From: a virus
IMG/VR virus record: IMGVR_UViG_3300024255_000011
Coordinates: 1-64,000 of that record
DNA length: 64,000 nucleotides
Strand: one strand, 5' to 3'
Shown piece after piece: positions 36,142 to 45,199 of this stretch (its first letter is position 1; each line of letters starts with the position of its first letter). The notes beneath the pieces are model-generated. The model saw only the letters and a program-made list of their open reading frames with translations, ran no database searches and was not told where the DNA came from. Position numbers and translations under genes: made by a program.

Positions 36142-36159
36142 CTGTTTATGCTTTGGAGT

Positions 36160-36167
36160 TATTTATA
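36160..36167 (-). promoter_or_regulatory. T4-type late promoter (representative of about 23 in the window)
   Basis: Perfect TATAAATA here. (A/C)TAAATA boxes just upstream of - strand genes also start at 8090, 10611, 14051, 16512, 16668, 19727, 20646, 22475, 25759, 29561, 30172, 31446, 33882, 34887, 36236, 39828, 41962, 43965, 48174, 57976, 61171 and 63014, many overlapping the previous TAA stop. Confidence 0.85.
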
Positions 36168-36206
36168 AAAAAAGGAGGGATCCCTGGTTTTTGCCAGGGC
36201 CCTCCT
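36167..36206 (-). terminator. Long GC-rich terminator hairpin
   Basis: GGAGGG-CCCTGG-CAAAAA-CCAGGG-AT-CCCTCC followed by T7; a perfect TATAAATA late promoter follows at 36160-36167. Confidence 0.85.
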
Positions 36207-36238
36207 TGCGACGACTGATTAGGGGGTAGCCATCTTAT

Positions 36239-38983
36239 TTAGAGGGCAGCCACTCTAGACTGGAAGTCTGCGAAGTCAGAAGAGGCGGCAACCACAGCCT
36301 GGAAGGCGGTGAGTGTAATCGTCTCAGATGCCAACTTAGCATCCAACTGAGTCTGGATGTTAGAAGTAACACCATCAACATAATTCAGTTCTTCAGGTGT
36401 TGCAGTAACAGCTGTGTTGCTGTCTGCAGCCAGGACAGGAAGACAACCAGACTGATTAGGCAGTTTGATTGTTCTGTCGGCGTCAGGATCAACAATGGTC
36501 AGTGTGGTCTCATTGCTGTCAGCAGTAGCACCTTCGAATACGATGGCGTTAGACGCCTGCATCGTCACAGTGTCAACTGTGGTGGTGGTTCCCTGAACAA
36601 CCAGATCAACACAAGTCAGTTGGTTGATACCAGAGATAGACTTACCAGCATCCAAGACCATAGCCTTAGAAGCTTCAGCTGTACCAACAGCTGCAACGTC
36701 TGTGTAGTTGAGCTCAGCAGTGGTGGCGGTTACTCCATCCAACAGGTTGAGTTCAGTTGCAGTTGAGGTAACACCATCAAGGATGTTAAGTTCTGCTGCA
36801 GTTGAGGTAACACCGTCAAGGATGTTGAGTTCAGCTGCAGTTGAAGTAACAGCAGTTGAACCAAGGGTAAGTGTTCCACCAACAACCAGGTTAGTAGAGA
36901 AGTGGCCATCACCACCAACGTCCAGGGTGTAGTCTGGATCAGTCATGTTGATGGCGAACCTCTGTCTCTCATCAAAGTGAGCGACAACTTGTCCGTTTGC
37001 CAGAACTGTCAGAACTTCTTTGCTGGAGCTGACGTAAGAAGGTGAGATCTTCCACACCACGTTCATATCAGAGTGGTCTGCTCTGCTCAGAATCAGAGAC
37101 ACTGCAGAACCATCACTCTTTCTAAGAGTAAGATCACCTGTCAGAACACCACCAAGTTTTGACAATCTCGACTCAGTGTCAGTCTCCAGTTCTTGGAGAA
37201 GAGCACGGACTGTGGTGTTGTCACTAAGTGTAGAACCAGTAAAGGTTCCCATCGCAGTAGCACTCTCAGCAGATGTACCGAGAGCGGTATAGATGTTGGT
37301 ACGAGCGGTATCGATTTCAGTTTCCACTGAATCAATACGAACACCCAGAGCAGCGTCAGCTGCATCAGCGTCCGTCTCATTCTGATCCACATCAGCCTGT
37401 ACGACAGCAACAGCTGCCAACATTGCTGTGTTCTCAGCGGCAATAGCGGCGTCAGCGTCCGTCTCATTCTGATCAACATCAGCCTGTACGACAGCAACAG
37501 CTGCCAACATTGCTGTGTTCTCTGCTGTTACCAGACCAGCTGCAGTAACTTCGTTGGCATCAACATCTGCTTGCACAGCTGCGATGGCAGCGTCTGCGTC
37601 AATCTCGTTCTGGTTTACATCAGACTGGACAGCAGCGATGCTGTTAGTGATGGTAGTGGAGAAGTTAGCGTCATCACCAATAGCGGCGGCCAACTCATTC
37701 AGAGTGTCAAGAGCACCTGGTGAGGAATCAATCAGGTTAGCAACTGCAGTATCCACATAAGCAGTGGTTGCAATCTGGGTAGTACCAGCACCCTGTGAAG
37801 CTGTGGGTGATGTAGGTGTTCCTGTAAGAGCAGGAGAAGCAAGAGGTGCTTTCAGTGCCAGTGAGGCAATAGAGGCTGCTTCGTTAGCATCCACATCAGA
37901 CTGAACTGCTGCAATGGCAGCGTCTGCATCTGATTCATTCTGATCCACATCTGCCTGAACAGCTGCCACAGCTGCAGTACGAGCAGTAGTTTCTGCTGCA
38001 ATAGCTACATCAGCGTCGGATTCATTCTGATCTACATCAGCCTGGATGGCGTTACGAGCAGCCAGTGCGGCGGCTTCGTTAGCATCTACGTCTGCTTGAA
38101 CTGCGGCAATCGCAGTGTCGGCATCGGCTTCGTTCTGATCTACATCTGCTTGCACAGCAGCAACTGCGGTGGCAGTTGTGGGGTCAGCTTCCAGTGTGTT
38201 CAGACGACCGTCGTAGGCGTTGATGTTGGTGAAGCTAGTCAGAATGACACCAGCACCATCAATAACGTCCGTTTGGTTGTCGAGCAGGAGGTCTCCCTCG
38301 ATTTCTACACGACCACCTGCAGCAGGGTGAATTGCGATGTTGTTTCCAACTTCGATACTCGTTCCACGAACAGCGTTCTTGACACTGGTGATGTTGGACT
38401 GAATGTCGACAACCGCTTTGCGGGCGACCTCGTTGGCGTCAACATCTGCCTGGACAGCTGCGATAGCAATGTCGGCATCTGATTCGTTCTGATCTACATC
38501 AGCCTGAACTGCTGCAATAGCTGCATCAGCATCTGATTCATTCTGATCTACATCAGCCTGAATTGCATTCTCAGCAGCAACTGCACGACCAGACTCAGCG
38601 TTGATGAGTGCTGTGTTAGCAGCTGTAGATGCGGCAGCGTCAGTGAAATAGTTGGGGTTGTCATTCAGTGCATCACTGATTTCCCCAAGTGTGTCGAGAA
38701 CTTCAGGAGCGTCACCCACAAGGGCTCCGATCTGAGCATCGATGTAAGCTCTGGTCGCTGCGTCAGCGAGGTCCAGAGAGGATGTGGACTCGTTATAAAC
38801 AAGGAGTCCCTGGTCACCTGTCAAACAGGCGTTGAGTTTCCCTGCAACAGGGGCCCAGGAAGAGTCTGCGAGTGCAGCGTCTGCCTCTGCCTTGGTTGCA
38901 AAGAATCGATTGATGTAATTATACTCGTCACCGGCACCTTTCAAAGCAAGGTTAGAGGTGGAGAGTTGCGTAAGTGTTGCCAT
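36239..38983 (-). CDS. Long Ala/Asp-rich fibre protein with tandem repeats
   Basis: About 12 copies of AVQADVDQNE-type repeats, two 'AP..LDTL.E...A' motifs, KAPLASPALTGTPT, and TAAELNILDGV repeats. Confidence 0.8.
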   Translation of the reverse strand: MATLTQLSTSNLALKGAGDEYNYINRFFATKAEADAALADSSWAPVAGKLNACLTGDQGLLVYNESTSSLDLADAATRAYIDAQIGALVGDAPEVLDTLGEISDALNDNPNYFTDAAASTAANTALINAESGRAVAAENAIQADVDQNESDADAAIAAVQADVDQNESDADIAIAAVQADVDANEVARKAVVDIQSNITSVKNAVRGTSIEVGNNIAIHPAAGGRVEIEGDLLLDNQTDVIDGAGVILTSFTNINAYDGRLNTLEADPTTATAVAAVQADVDQNEADADTAIAAVQADVDANEAAALAARNAIQADVDQNESDADVAIAAETTARTAAVAAVQADVDQNESDADAAIAAVQSDVDANEAASIASLALKAPLASPALTGTPTSPTASQGAGTTQIATTAYVDTAVANLIDSSPGALDTLNELAAAIGDDANFSTTITNSIAAVQSDVNQNEIDADAAIAAVQADVDANEVTAAGLVTAENTAMLAAVAVVQADVDQNETDADAAIAAENTAMLAAVAVVQADVDQNETDADAADAALGVRIDSVETEIDTARTNIYTALGTSAESATAMGTFTGSTLSDNTTVRALLQELETDTESRLSKLGGVLTGDLTLRKSDGSAVSLILSRADHSDMNVVWKISPSYVSSSKEVLTVLANGQVVAHFDERQRFAINMTDPDYTLDVGGDGHFSTNLVVGGTLTLGSTAVTSTAAELNILDGVTSTAAELNILDGVTSTATELNLLDGVTATTAELNYTDVAAVGTAEASKAMVLDAGKSISGINQLTCVDLVVQGTTTTVDTVTMQASNAIVFEGATADSNETTLTIVDPDADRTIKLPNQSGCLPVLAADSNTAVTATPEELNYVDGVTSNIQTQLDAKLASETITLTAFQAVVAASSDFADFQSRVAAL
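37365..37522. repeat. Near-exact in-frame tandem duplication (87-bp period) in the fibre gene
   Basis: 37365-37435 and 37452-37522 differ at one base. Confidence 0.85.
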
Positions 38984-39769
38984 TTAGCCTCCGAAAAGTG
39001 TGTCGGCGTAGAGATAACCTTCGGCCAAACTGGCCTCCAGATTCCTTGCCTCAATGTGTGCAATGTAATCAGTCAATTGAGACTGAAGATTTGTGATGAT
39101 TTGTGGGTCATCTCCCAGTGCCTGTGCCAACTCATCAATAGAGTTAAGAGTTTCAGGTGCAATGTCAATGTCAAGGTTACCGATAGTCGTCTGCAAAGCA
39201 GAGATGTCAGTTGCATTCTGTGTGACATTATCAGACAACGACCCAAGGGAGGTTGTAAGACTCTGATTAACAGCGTCCACTGCTGCCTGGGTAGTTGGAT
39301 CGACTTCAAGAGCGGAAACTCTTGTGTTAATGTCTGTGATGAGATTGGGGTTATCACCCATCGCATCTGCTAACTCACTTAAGGAGTCGAGAGTGTCAGG
39401 TGCTCCACCAATGACCTCTGAAACCTTAGTGTCAACATAGGTTTTGGTGACTGGATCAATTTCCAGTACATCAATCCTGTCACTAAGTGCAGTGTCTCCT
39501 ATATTAAATGACGAAGTATTACCATCTATAGATGCCCGTAAGGCAACTCTAACGGTTTCAATAAGGGTTTCTGCATCTGTTCTGTTCTGAGAAACAATGC
39601 TTTCGAGACTTGACAGTGCACTTGCCGTGTCCGTAATAACATTAGACTTCAGGTTGTTATAACTAATCTTTCGAGATGTTCCTGTTTCCATGTCTGAGAC
39701 AAGGAACAGATCAACATCCGTAAGATCGGTTAGTGAGTTTAGCTCACTAATCTTTATGGATGCTGCCAT
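38984..39769 (-). CDS. Fibre protein
   Basis: N-term KISELNSL..DLFLVSD motif; two 'APDTLDSL.ELA.A.GD' motifs. Confidence 0.7.
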   Translation of the reverse strand: MAASIKISELNSLTDLTDVDLFLVSDMETGTSRKISYNNLKSNVITDTASALSSLESIVSQNRTDAETLIETVRVALRASIDGNTSSFNIGDTALSDRIDVLEIDPVTKTYVDTKVSEVIGGAPDTLDSLSELADAMGDNPNLITDINTRVSALEVDPTTQAAVDAVNQSLTTSLGSLSDNVTQNATDISALQTTIGNLDIDIAPETLNSIDELAQALGDDPQIITNLQSQLTDYIAHIEARNLEASLAEGYLYADTLFGG

Positions 39770-39848
39770 AGTTTTTTCTGAAGAACGTTCTTCACTCCAC
39801 TTTCAATGATGTATTATTATCTTTAGGTATTTAGGTTTTATGGGGTGC

Positions 39849-39915
39849 TTTACACACTACCTTATTAATGTTATACTTGTAGTGTCAACAACAAATGGGA
39901 TAACTAGCTTAGCTA
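39849..39915 (+). promoter_or_regulatory. Sigma70-type promoter element, copy 2 of the duplicated element
   Basis: TTTACA-17 bp-TATACT with extended -10 TG. About 88% identical to 8629-8694. Confidence 0.75.
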
Positions 39916-39948
39916 CCATAAATACATCACTGACACTCATCTCTCGTT

Positions 39949-40161
39949 ATGGCTATACCTAAAGGTACTAAGAGGTACCAACACTTACAAACAAAAGAGG
40001 TTAGATATTTTCGTAATCCCCCTAATCTAAATGCATGGGAAAAGATTGGAACACCAGGATCCAAGAATTGGAGATGGGTCAATAACAATTCACAAGAAAA
40101 ATATATCAGCTCGAATGACCCTATCCCTGAGGGATATTCATTGGGTCGTATGAAGGGCTAA
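39949..40161 (+). CDS. Small basic protein resembling homing-endonuclease-associated DNA-binding modules, without a nuclease domain
   Basis: 'WRWVNNNSQEKYI....PIPEGYSLGRM' motif. + strand late promoter ATAAATA at 39918-39924. Confidence 0.55.
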   Translation: MAIPKGTKRYQHLQTKEVRYFRNPPNLNAWEKIGTPGSKNWRWVNNNSQEKYISSNDPIPEGYSLGRMKG

Positions 40162-40686
40162 TTAATCGTACTGTTCTACTTCAATGGGTACGTTACGATG
40201 TTCTAGAATAAACAACTCATTAGATTCTGAGTATATATTGGCTAGAGTATCAGAAGATTCAATGAAGTCTGTATTGTCTTCAGGTATGATTGACATACCA
40301 AATTCTTCAGTAGTAAGTTTAAAGGAAACCCCATCTTGTCTTAATTCAAAGAATAGATCTACTTCATCAACAACAAAACCAGTAGTGTAAGAAACACCCG
40401 TATCATATACGGTAGAGTCATGTTGATATGGATATACAGGCCTTATTGTGTTATCAACATACCTTGCTTCCCATAGCATATTCTCATAATCACTACACAA
40501 AAAAGTGGCGGTTGGACCAGGGTATCCATCAGTCCTTGTAAAGTTAACTGGATTGCAATCTACATCATTTGAGTTATAGTCACCACACCAGTCATCATAA
40601 GTGTTACCATAAGCGTCTGTTCTATTGACACTGATTGGTTGTGGTGAGACGGGATTGCCATCAACGTCGCGTTTTACGTAAGCCAT
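40162..40686 (-). CDS. Hypothetical structural protein
   Basis: 174-aa acidic ORF, TAATG-coupled to the upstream fibre gene. Confidence 0.6.
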   Translation of the reverse strand: MAYVKRDVDGNPVSPQPISVNRTDAYGNTYDDWCGDYNSNDVDCNPVNFTRTDGYPGPTATFLCSDYENMLWEARYVDNTIRPVYPYQHDSTVYDTGVSYTTGFVVDEVDLFFELRQDGVSFKLTTEEFGMSIIPEDNTDFIESSDTLANIYSESNELFILEHRNVPIEVEQYD

Positions 40687-41948
40687 TAGTCGTCAGTAAA
40701 AACTGTTGATTTAAATTCTTCAAATGTTGTTGATGTTTCCAGTGCGTTGAACAGTGATACTCCTATAAAAGATCCTTCTGCTGCTTCATTAGCAATTGAC
40801 TCTACTCTTGTAATGTCATTAGAAGTGGCAATTCGTGATCTTCCTTTAAATCCAGTTTCAGGATCCTCATATCCATTATATGCCTGCGCCCCATCCTTTA
40901 GAGTAACACTGTCTTTAAGTAAATCATTTGAAGATGAAGCTTGATAGATTACTGATTCCAGAAATTGAATTCTTTGGAGAAGTTGTGCGTTTAGATCTTT
41001 CTGAGAAGAAATAAGAGAAGATGTATATGTACCATTCTCATCAATAATATTGCCATAACTTACATCAAGATTTACCGAAGTTTCGGTTGGTTCTGGATTA
41101 TATGACCTGACATATGTTAGTTCTCCAGTATTAATGTTATATCCTAGACCACCACCATGATTTTGTGTGCCATCATTCTCCTGAATGACCACATCAATCT
41201 CTGGGACGACTTCTAATGCCCAAGACTTGACATCTGATTGAAGACTTTCTGCAGAAAACTTGACCGGTCCTCCACTTTCAACTTCCAGTACACTCTGTAC
41301 ATTGGATTCGATATGAACACCACCTCTGGTCTTATTCGCAAGGATGTGAACTCCCTCTCCTACTTTGAACTTATCTCCACCGAACTCAGTGTCTGAGTCA
41401 AAAGTTTTAGCCCCGACAAATGATCCTATAACTTGACTGGCTTCAACTTTAATATCGACAAAGTTACCAGTACTTTCACCACCCTCTAAAGGAGGTTCAA
41501 CATTCATCAAAGTTTCATGATATCCAAATGGGAAGTCAGTTAAAAGTCCAGAGGTAATTGAGTATCCGCCCTCACCTGAGTACAATGAAGATGCAGTAAC
41601 TCCACCCACTTCATTAATTGAGTCTACCTTTATTACTTGATCTCCACCATCAACTCTTACCAATTCACCCACCAAATATCCAAATCCGCTGGCCACAACA
41701 TACATTTCTAGGATGACGCCTGTCCTAACTTTGATGTTAACAGTCAATCCCTGACCTACACTATCTGTGTCTAGGGTACTATTGTCATCCTGAAGAACTG
41801 AGTTCTCAGGGGTGGTTCCGACAGAATAGGCCTCACCAGTGTCATTTACCAGATCAGAGAAGTTGATATTGTCTTTTAGTAAAGTAGATACAAACCCAGT
41901 TTCGGGTTTGTATACCACTAATAGATCTGAAGATTGCAGTATTGCCAT
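40686..41948 (-). CDS. Fibre/structural protein
   Basis: N-term LQSSDLLVV docking half-motif; 'GQGLTV..GFGYLVGE' beta module. Confidence 0.6.
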   Translation of the reverse strand: MAILQSSDLLVVYKPETGFVSTLLKDNINFSDLVNDTGEAYSVGTTPENSVLQDDNSTLDTDSVGQGLTVNIKVRTGVILEMYVVASGFGYLVGELVRVDGGDQVIKVDSINEVGGVTASSLYSGEGGYSITSGLLTDFPFGYHETLMNVEPPLEGGESTGNFVDIKVEASQVIGSFVGAKTFDSDTEFGGDKFKVGEGVHILANKTRGGVHIESNVQSVLEVESGGPVKFSAESLQSDVKSWALEVVPEIDVVIQENDGTQNHGGGLGYNINTGELTYVRSYNPEPTETSVNLDVSYGNIIDENGTYTSSLISSQKDLNAQLLQRIQFLESVIYQASSSNDLLKDSVTLKDGAQAYNGYEDPETGFKGRSRIATSNDITRVESIANEAAEGSFIGVSLFNALETSTTFEEFKSTVFTDD

Positions 41949-41967
41949 GATACTTTATGGTTATTTA

Positions 41968-43593
41968 TCAGTAGTTGGGGAGAAGGTAGAAGTTGTTGGG
42001 TAGGAAGAAATCAACAGTTTGATGAGAGTTGGCCACCAAACTTGGCATCTTAGTAGATACCTCATCAACCCTGTTGTGTTTCTGACTTAGTGAGGTTGAC
42101 AACTCAGTGTTTGAGACGATTGATGTCAATCCAGATGCACCTATGTCAGCAGTCTTACCGCTGATTGAAATTCTCCCTTCAAGTTCCTCAACTTTGAGTG
42201 CACTGTATGTTCTGCCTGTTACAGTATTGAGTGTACTTGTAGTTACAATTTCAGGAATATCGTCATCAGTCAAGCTATCAAGTTTCTGTTTGTCTGATGC
42301 AGACATAAACCCACTATAACTTGAGTATATGTCTAGGTCACCAGTATCAGTCAGGATTACTTTTGCGTCCTTGATTGAGATGTTGTATACATTTTCATCA
42401 GTACTACTTCGTTGAGTAATTATTGAATAGTGAGGATTGCCATATCCCTCATTATTACCTGGAACATAAACAGGTACTTGAATACTTGTAATTTGTGAGT
42501 TGGAAACGCTGTCCTTGATAAGAACAAACTCATTGTATCTAAGAGTATCAATTATTTTTTCAGTCCAAATGATCTTATCATTTTTGGTTACTGTAATCGT
42601 ACCAGTTGCTGCAGTTTCGTCAATCTTTACACCGACTATTGCTTCTCCTACATTACCAATTGTTTCGTTTACAATAAAGAGTTTGTCACCATCTTTATAA
42701 GCAATATGACTTGAATTCGTTGAGATAGTTGCATTAACAACCTCACCTTGAACCATTGTCAAGTCCAGTCGCATTCCACTGCCTTGGATATTGTTGCGAC
42801 GAGGTATTGTTTCAACACCGTAACTGTAACTTTCAAGAGAAGAACTAGCAAAGTAATATCCACCAACTAATTCTCGATCATTTGATTCTCCGTCTTCATT
42901 CTGAACAAACTCAAAATCTGTTACTGCTCCAACGGAACTAACATCCGTGATCTTAACATAAACTCGATCACCTACTTCAGGTGTCTTCTGTCTAAACTCA
43001 ATAATATCATCTACTTCATAATTAAATCCACCCTGACTAATTACTGCGTCAGTAGTCCTAATGAATCCATCGATAACTGAAACCGTTAACAAAAACCCAT
43101 AAGATTTGGAGGCGTCTGTTAGATTTCTCTGTCCAGTTTCAACTCCCTCACCAAAGGTTGGGATTGTACCATTCAGTCCTCTGTAGTTATTTCCACCTTC
43201 AAACAATTCAACACTGGTAAATTCATCATCAGAAACACCTTTCCACTCAGATGTCTTCAGAGTGAGTTTGCCATCTGGATGTTCAGCTAGGTCTGGATTG
43301 ACAATATAAAAGTCACCAGTGTTGAGATTCTGTGTGTCTGCGGGTGGTTGTAGGTCTTCTGTTACCTCTCCAACAAAGTTTAGTGTGTTGGGGAAGTTAA
43401 CATCAAGGTATCCCGTTTTCTCGTCATAGACGAAGTTTTTAGATGGGAATACTTTACCTGCCACTCCACTGATCTGATCTCCCTGTTTGGCATTGGGTAC
43501 TGTCAGACCTTCAACTACTGTATTTCTCTTAGCTGTAAAATACGAGTCACCCCTTTTAACAATAAACTGATCGGTATCTTGAATAGTGGACAT
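41968..43593 (-). CDS. Fibre/structural protein
   Basis: N-term IQDTDQFIVKRG, fibre motif SGFMSASDKQKLDSL, C-term LPNNFYLLP. Confidence 0.65.
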   Translation of the reverse strand: MSTIQDTDQFIVKRGDSYFTAKRNTVVEGLTVPNAKQGDQISGVAGKVFPSKNFVYDEKTGYLDVNFPNTLNFVGEVTEDLQPPADTQNLNTGDFYIVNPDLAEHPDGKLTLKTSEWKGVSDDEFTSVELFEGGNNYRGLNGTIPTFGEGVETGQRNLTDASKSYGFLLTVSVIDGFIRTTDAVISQGGFNYEVDDIIEFRQKTPEVGDRVYVKITDVSSVGAVTDFEFVQNEDGESNDRELVGGYYFASSSLESYSYGVETIPRRNNIQGSGMRLDLTMVQGEVVNATISTNSSHIAYKDGDKLFIVNETIGNVGEAIVGVKIDETAATGTITVTKNDKIIWTEKIIDTLRYNEFVLIKDSVSNSQITSIQVPVYVPGNNEGYGNPHYSIITQRSSTDENVYNISIKDAKVILTDTGDLDIYSSYSGFMSASDKQKLDSLTDDDIPEIVTTSTLNTVTGRTYSALKVEELEGRISISGKTADIGASGLTSIVSNTELSTSLSQKHNRVDEVSTKMPSLVANSHQTVDFFLPNNFYLLPNY

Positions 43594-43946
43594 TAGAGGC
43601 TCTCCAATTCTGGAACGTTATCAAAGTTTAAAGTATGAGTGATCATTCGAACTTCTTCTTGTCCAATTATCTGTGGTCCTGGATCTTCAACATTAACACC
43701 AGTGGATGCTGCGAACTCAAGTTTAGGCCCACTTGTGCCTCCACCAGATCCACCAGAACCATCGCCACTAGGAGTACCAAAATCGAAGCTAAGTACCCAC
43801 CTTCCCACTAAGTGTCTTTCTGACACTGGGAGATCTTGTTTTTGGTCACTATCACTAGTGATGTAAGTCCAGACTTTGTATCCATCTCCTGTGGAAAGTG
43901 CCTGTCCCTCAGTGGCGGGTAATGCGACTGGGTATAAGATCGACAT
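43593..43946 (-). CDS. Small adaptor protein
   Basis: N-term YP...P..G...WTY...W anchor motif, Gly/Ser linker, C-term NFDNVPEL. Late promoter at 43965-43971. Confidence 0.6.
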   Translation of the reverse strand: MSILYPVALPATEGQALSTGDGYKVWTYITSDSDQKQDLPVSERHLVGRWVLSFDFGTPSGDGSGGSGGGTSGPKLEFAASTGVNVEDPGPQIIGQEEVRMITHTLNFDNVPELESL

Positions 43947-43974
43947 GGTATCAACTTTTATTATTATTTATCAC

Positions 43975-44024
43975 GACAAGATCCATTGTGAACATGTTAG
44001 ACAAGATCCATTGTGAACATGTTA
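43975..44024. repeat. Exact 25-bp tandem duplication
   Basis: GACAAGATCCATTGTGAACATGTTA at 43975-43999 and 44000-44024. Confidence 0.95.
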
Positions 44025-45199
44025 CCTGGATTGCGATAGTACTCTACTGCTTCATTTATATGGTCGCCGGGTCTGAATATTCTAACAAATTTTCGATCCT
44101 CCTCTCCACCAGCGGAGTCAAAATTGCATTGACCTTTATATTCCATTTCTAATAATTTTACATCCCACATATCAAGCCACATAGAACTACCAACATAACC
44201 AGATTGCCTGGATGAGTGAACCGAAGTGGCAATGAACCCAACACATATCATCTTTTCATCCCAGACCTTATTGGCTGCGTTCTTGCTTATGGTAAGTGTA
44301 GCCACGCCTTGAACCCGCGGGTTCCATGTACTATTGCCTTTTGGGCCATGTTCTTCCCAAATCTTCCCACCTCTTGAGTGGGTGGTAAGATTATATTCTC
44401 TTATCTTGTTATTAGCGATCCAGTACGACCCCGATTTTGTTGGCCAATCTGGTGTACCACTTTGACTCCAATCTTTAGTGACAGTGATACACTCTGCCAA
44501 GTATATTTTGGCGTCACCACTTTTAACATATGCAAGACAGAAAGCTTCAATTGGATTCCCCCCATGTTGATTATTTAAAGAAGGAAGTAAGGATTTTTTA
44601 TCTTCATTGAAGTGACATTCATACCTAAAGGTTATCGCTGATGCTCTGATATGATGGGATATTTTATCAGAATCGATGGTTGTATATGAATCTTTTCCAA
44701 ACTTGGCACCTTCCATCACACCCCACATAAACCTGTTTGAAACATTATTGTCTTGTCTTTGATATGCTCTAAACTTTACGGAACCATATTGTATACCCCT
44801 ACCATTATTAAAAAGTGTTTTGGCATTAATACCTTGTGAACTTATTTTGTTATTTTTATTGGTATCATTAATTGACCAATTGCTCCTACTCCATTCCAGC
44901 GGTTTATCATTGCCACTGAAGGCTTCACTCTCACCCATCAAATACTTAAATTTCCATTTTTTAGTCTTATTGGTACAATCTTCATAATTATAGTCAGTAA
45001 ACCCATCAGAGGTCCCGCTAAACTTTGAATTGTCGTTGCCTTTAGGACTAAAGTATCCCCCTCCCACATCGAATTCGGGTTTGGCCATTTCGAGAGCAGA
45101 ATTCAGGGGGGGATTGATTGTACTGTGTCTAAAATTTGAGGATATTCTTACAGATCGAAATGTTGCAAGACCCGTTTGACTAACGTTTGAATCTGTCAT
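43997..45199 (-). CDS. Putative fibre tip / receptor-binding protein
   Basis: 400 aa, aromatic- and beta-rich; TAATG-coupled to the 910-aa fibre. Confidence 0.5.
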   Translation of the reverse strand: MTDSNVSQTGLATFRSVRISSNFRHSTINPPLNSALEMAKPEFDVGGGYFSPKGNDNSKFSGTSDGFTDYNYEDCTNKTKKWKFKYLMGESEAFSGNDKPLEWSRSNWSINDTNKNNKISSQGINAKTLFNNGRGIQYGSVKFRAYQRQDNNVSNRFMWGVMEGAKFGKDSYTTIDSDKISHHIRASAITFRYECHFNEDKKSLLPSLNNQHGGNPIEAFCLAYVKSGDAKIYLAECITVTKDWSQSGTPDWPTKSGSYWIANNKIREYNLTTHSRGGKIWEEHGPKGNSTWNPRVQGVATLTISKNAANKVWDEKMICVGFIATSVHSSRQSGYVGSSMWLDMWDVKLLEMEYKGQCNFDSAGGEEDRKFVRIFRPGDHINEAVEYYRNPGNMFTMDLV

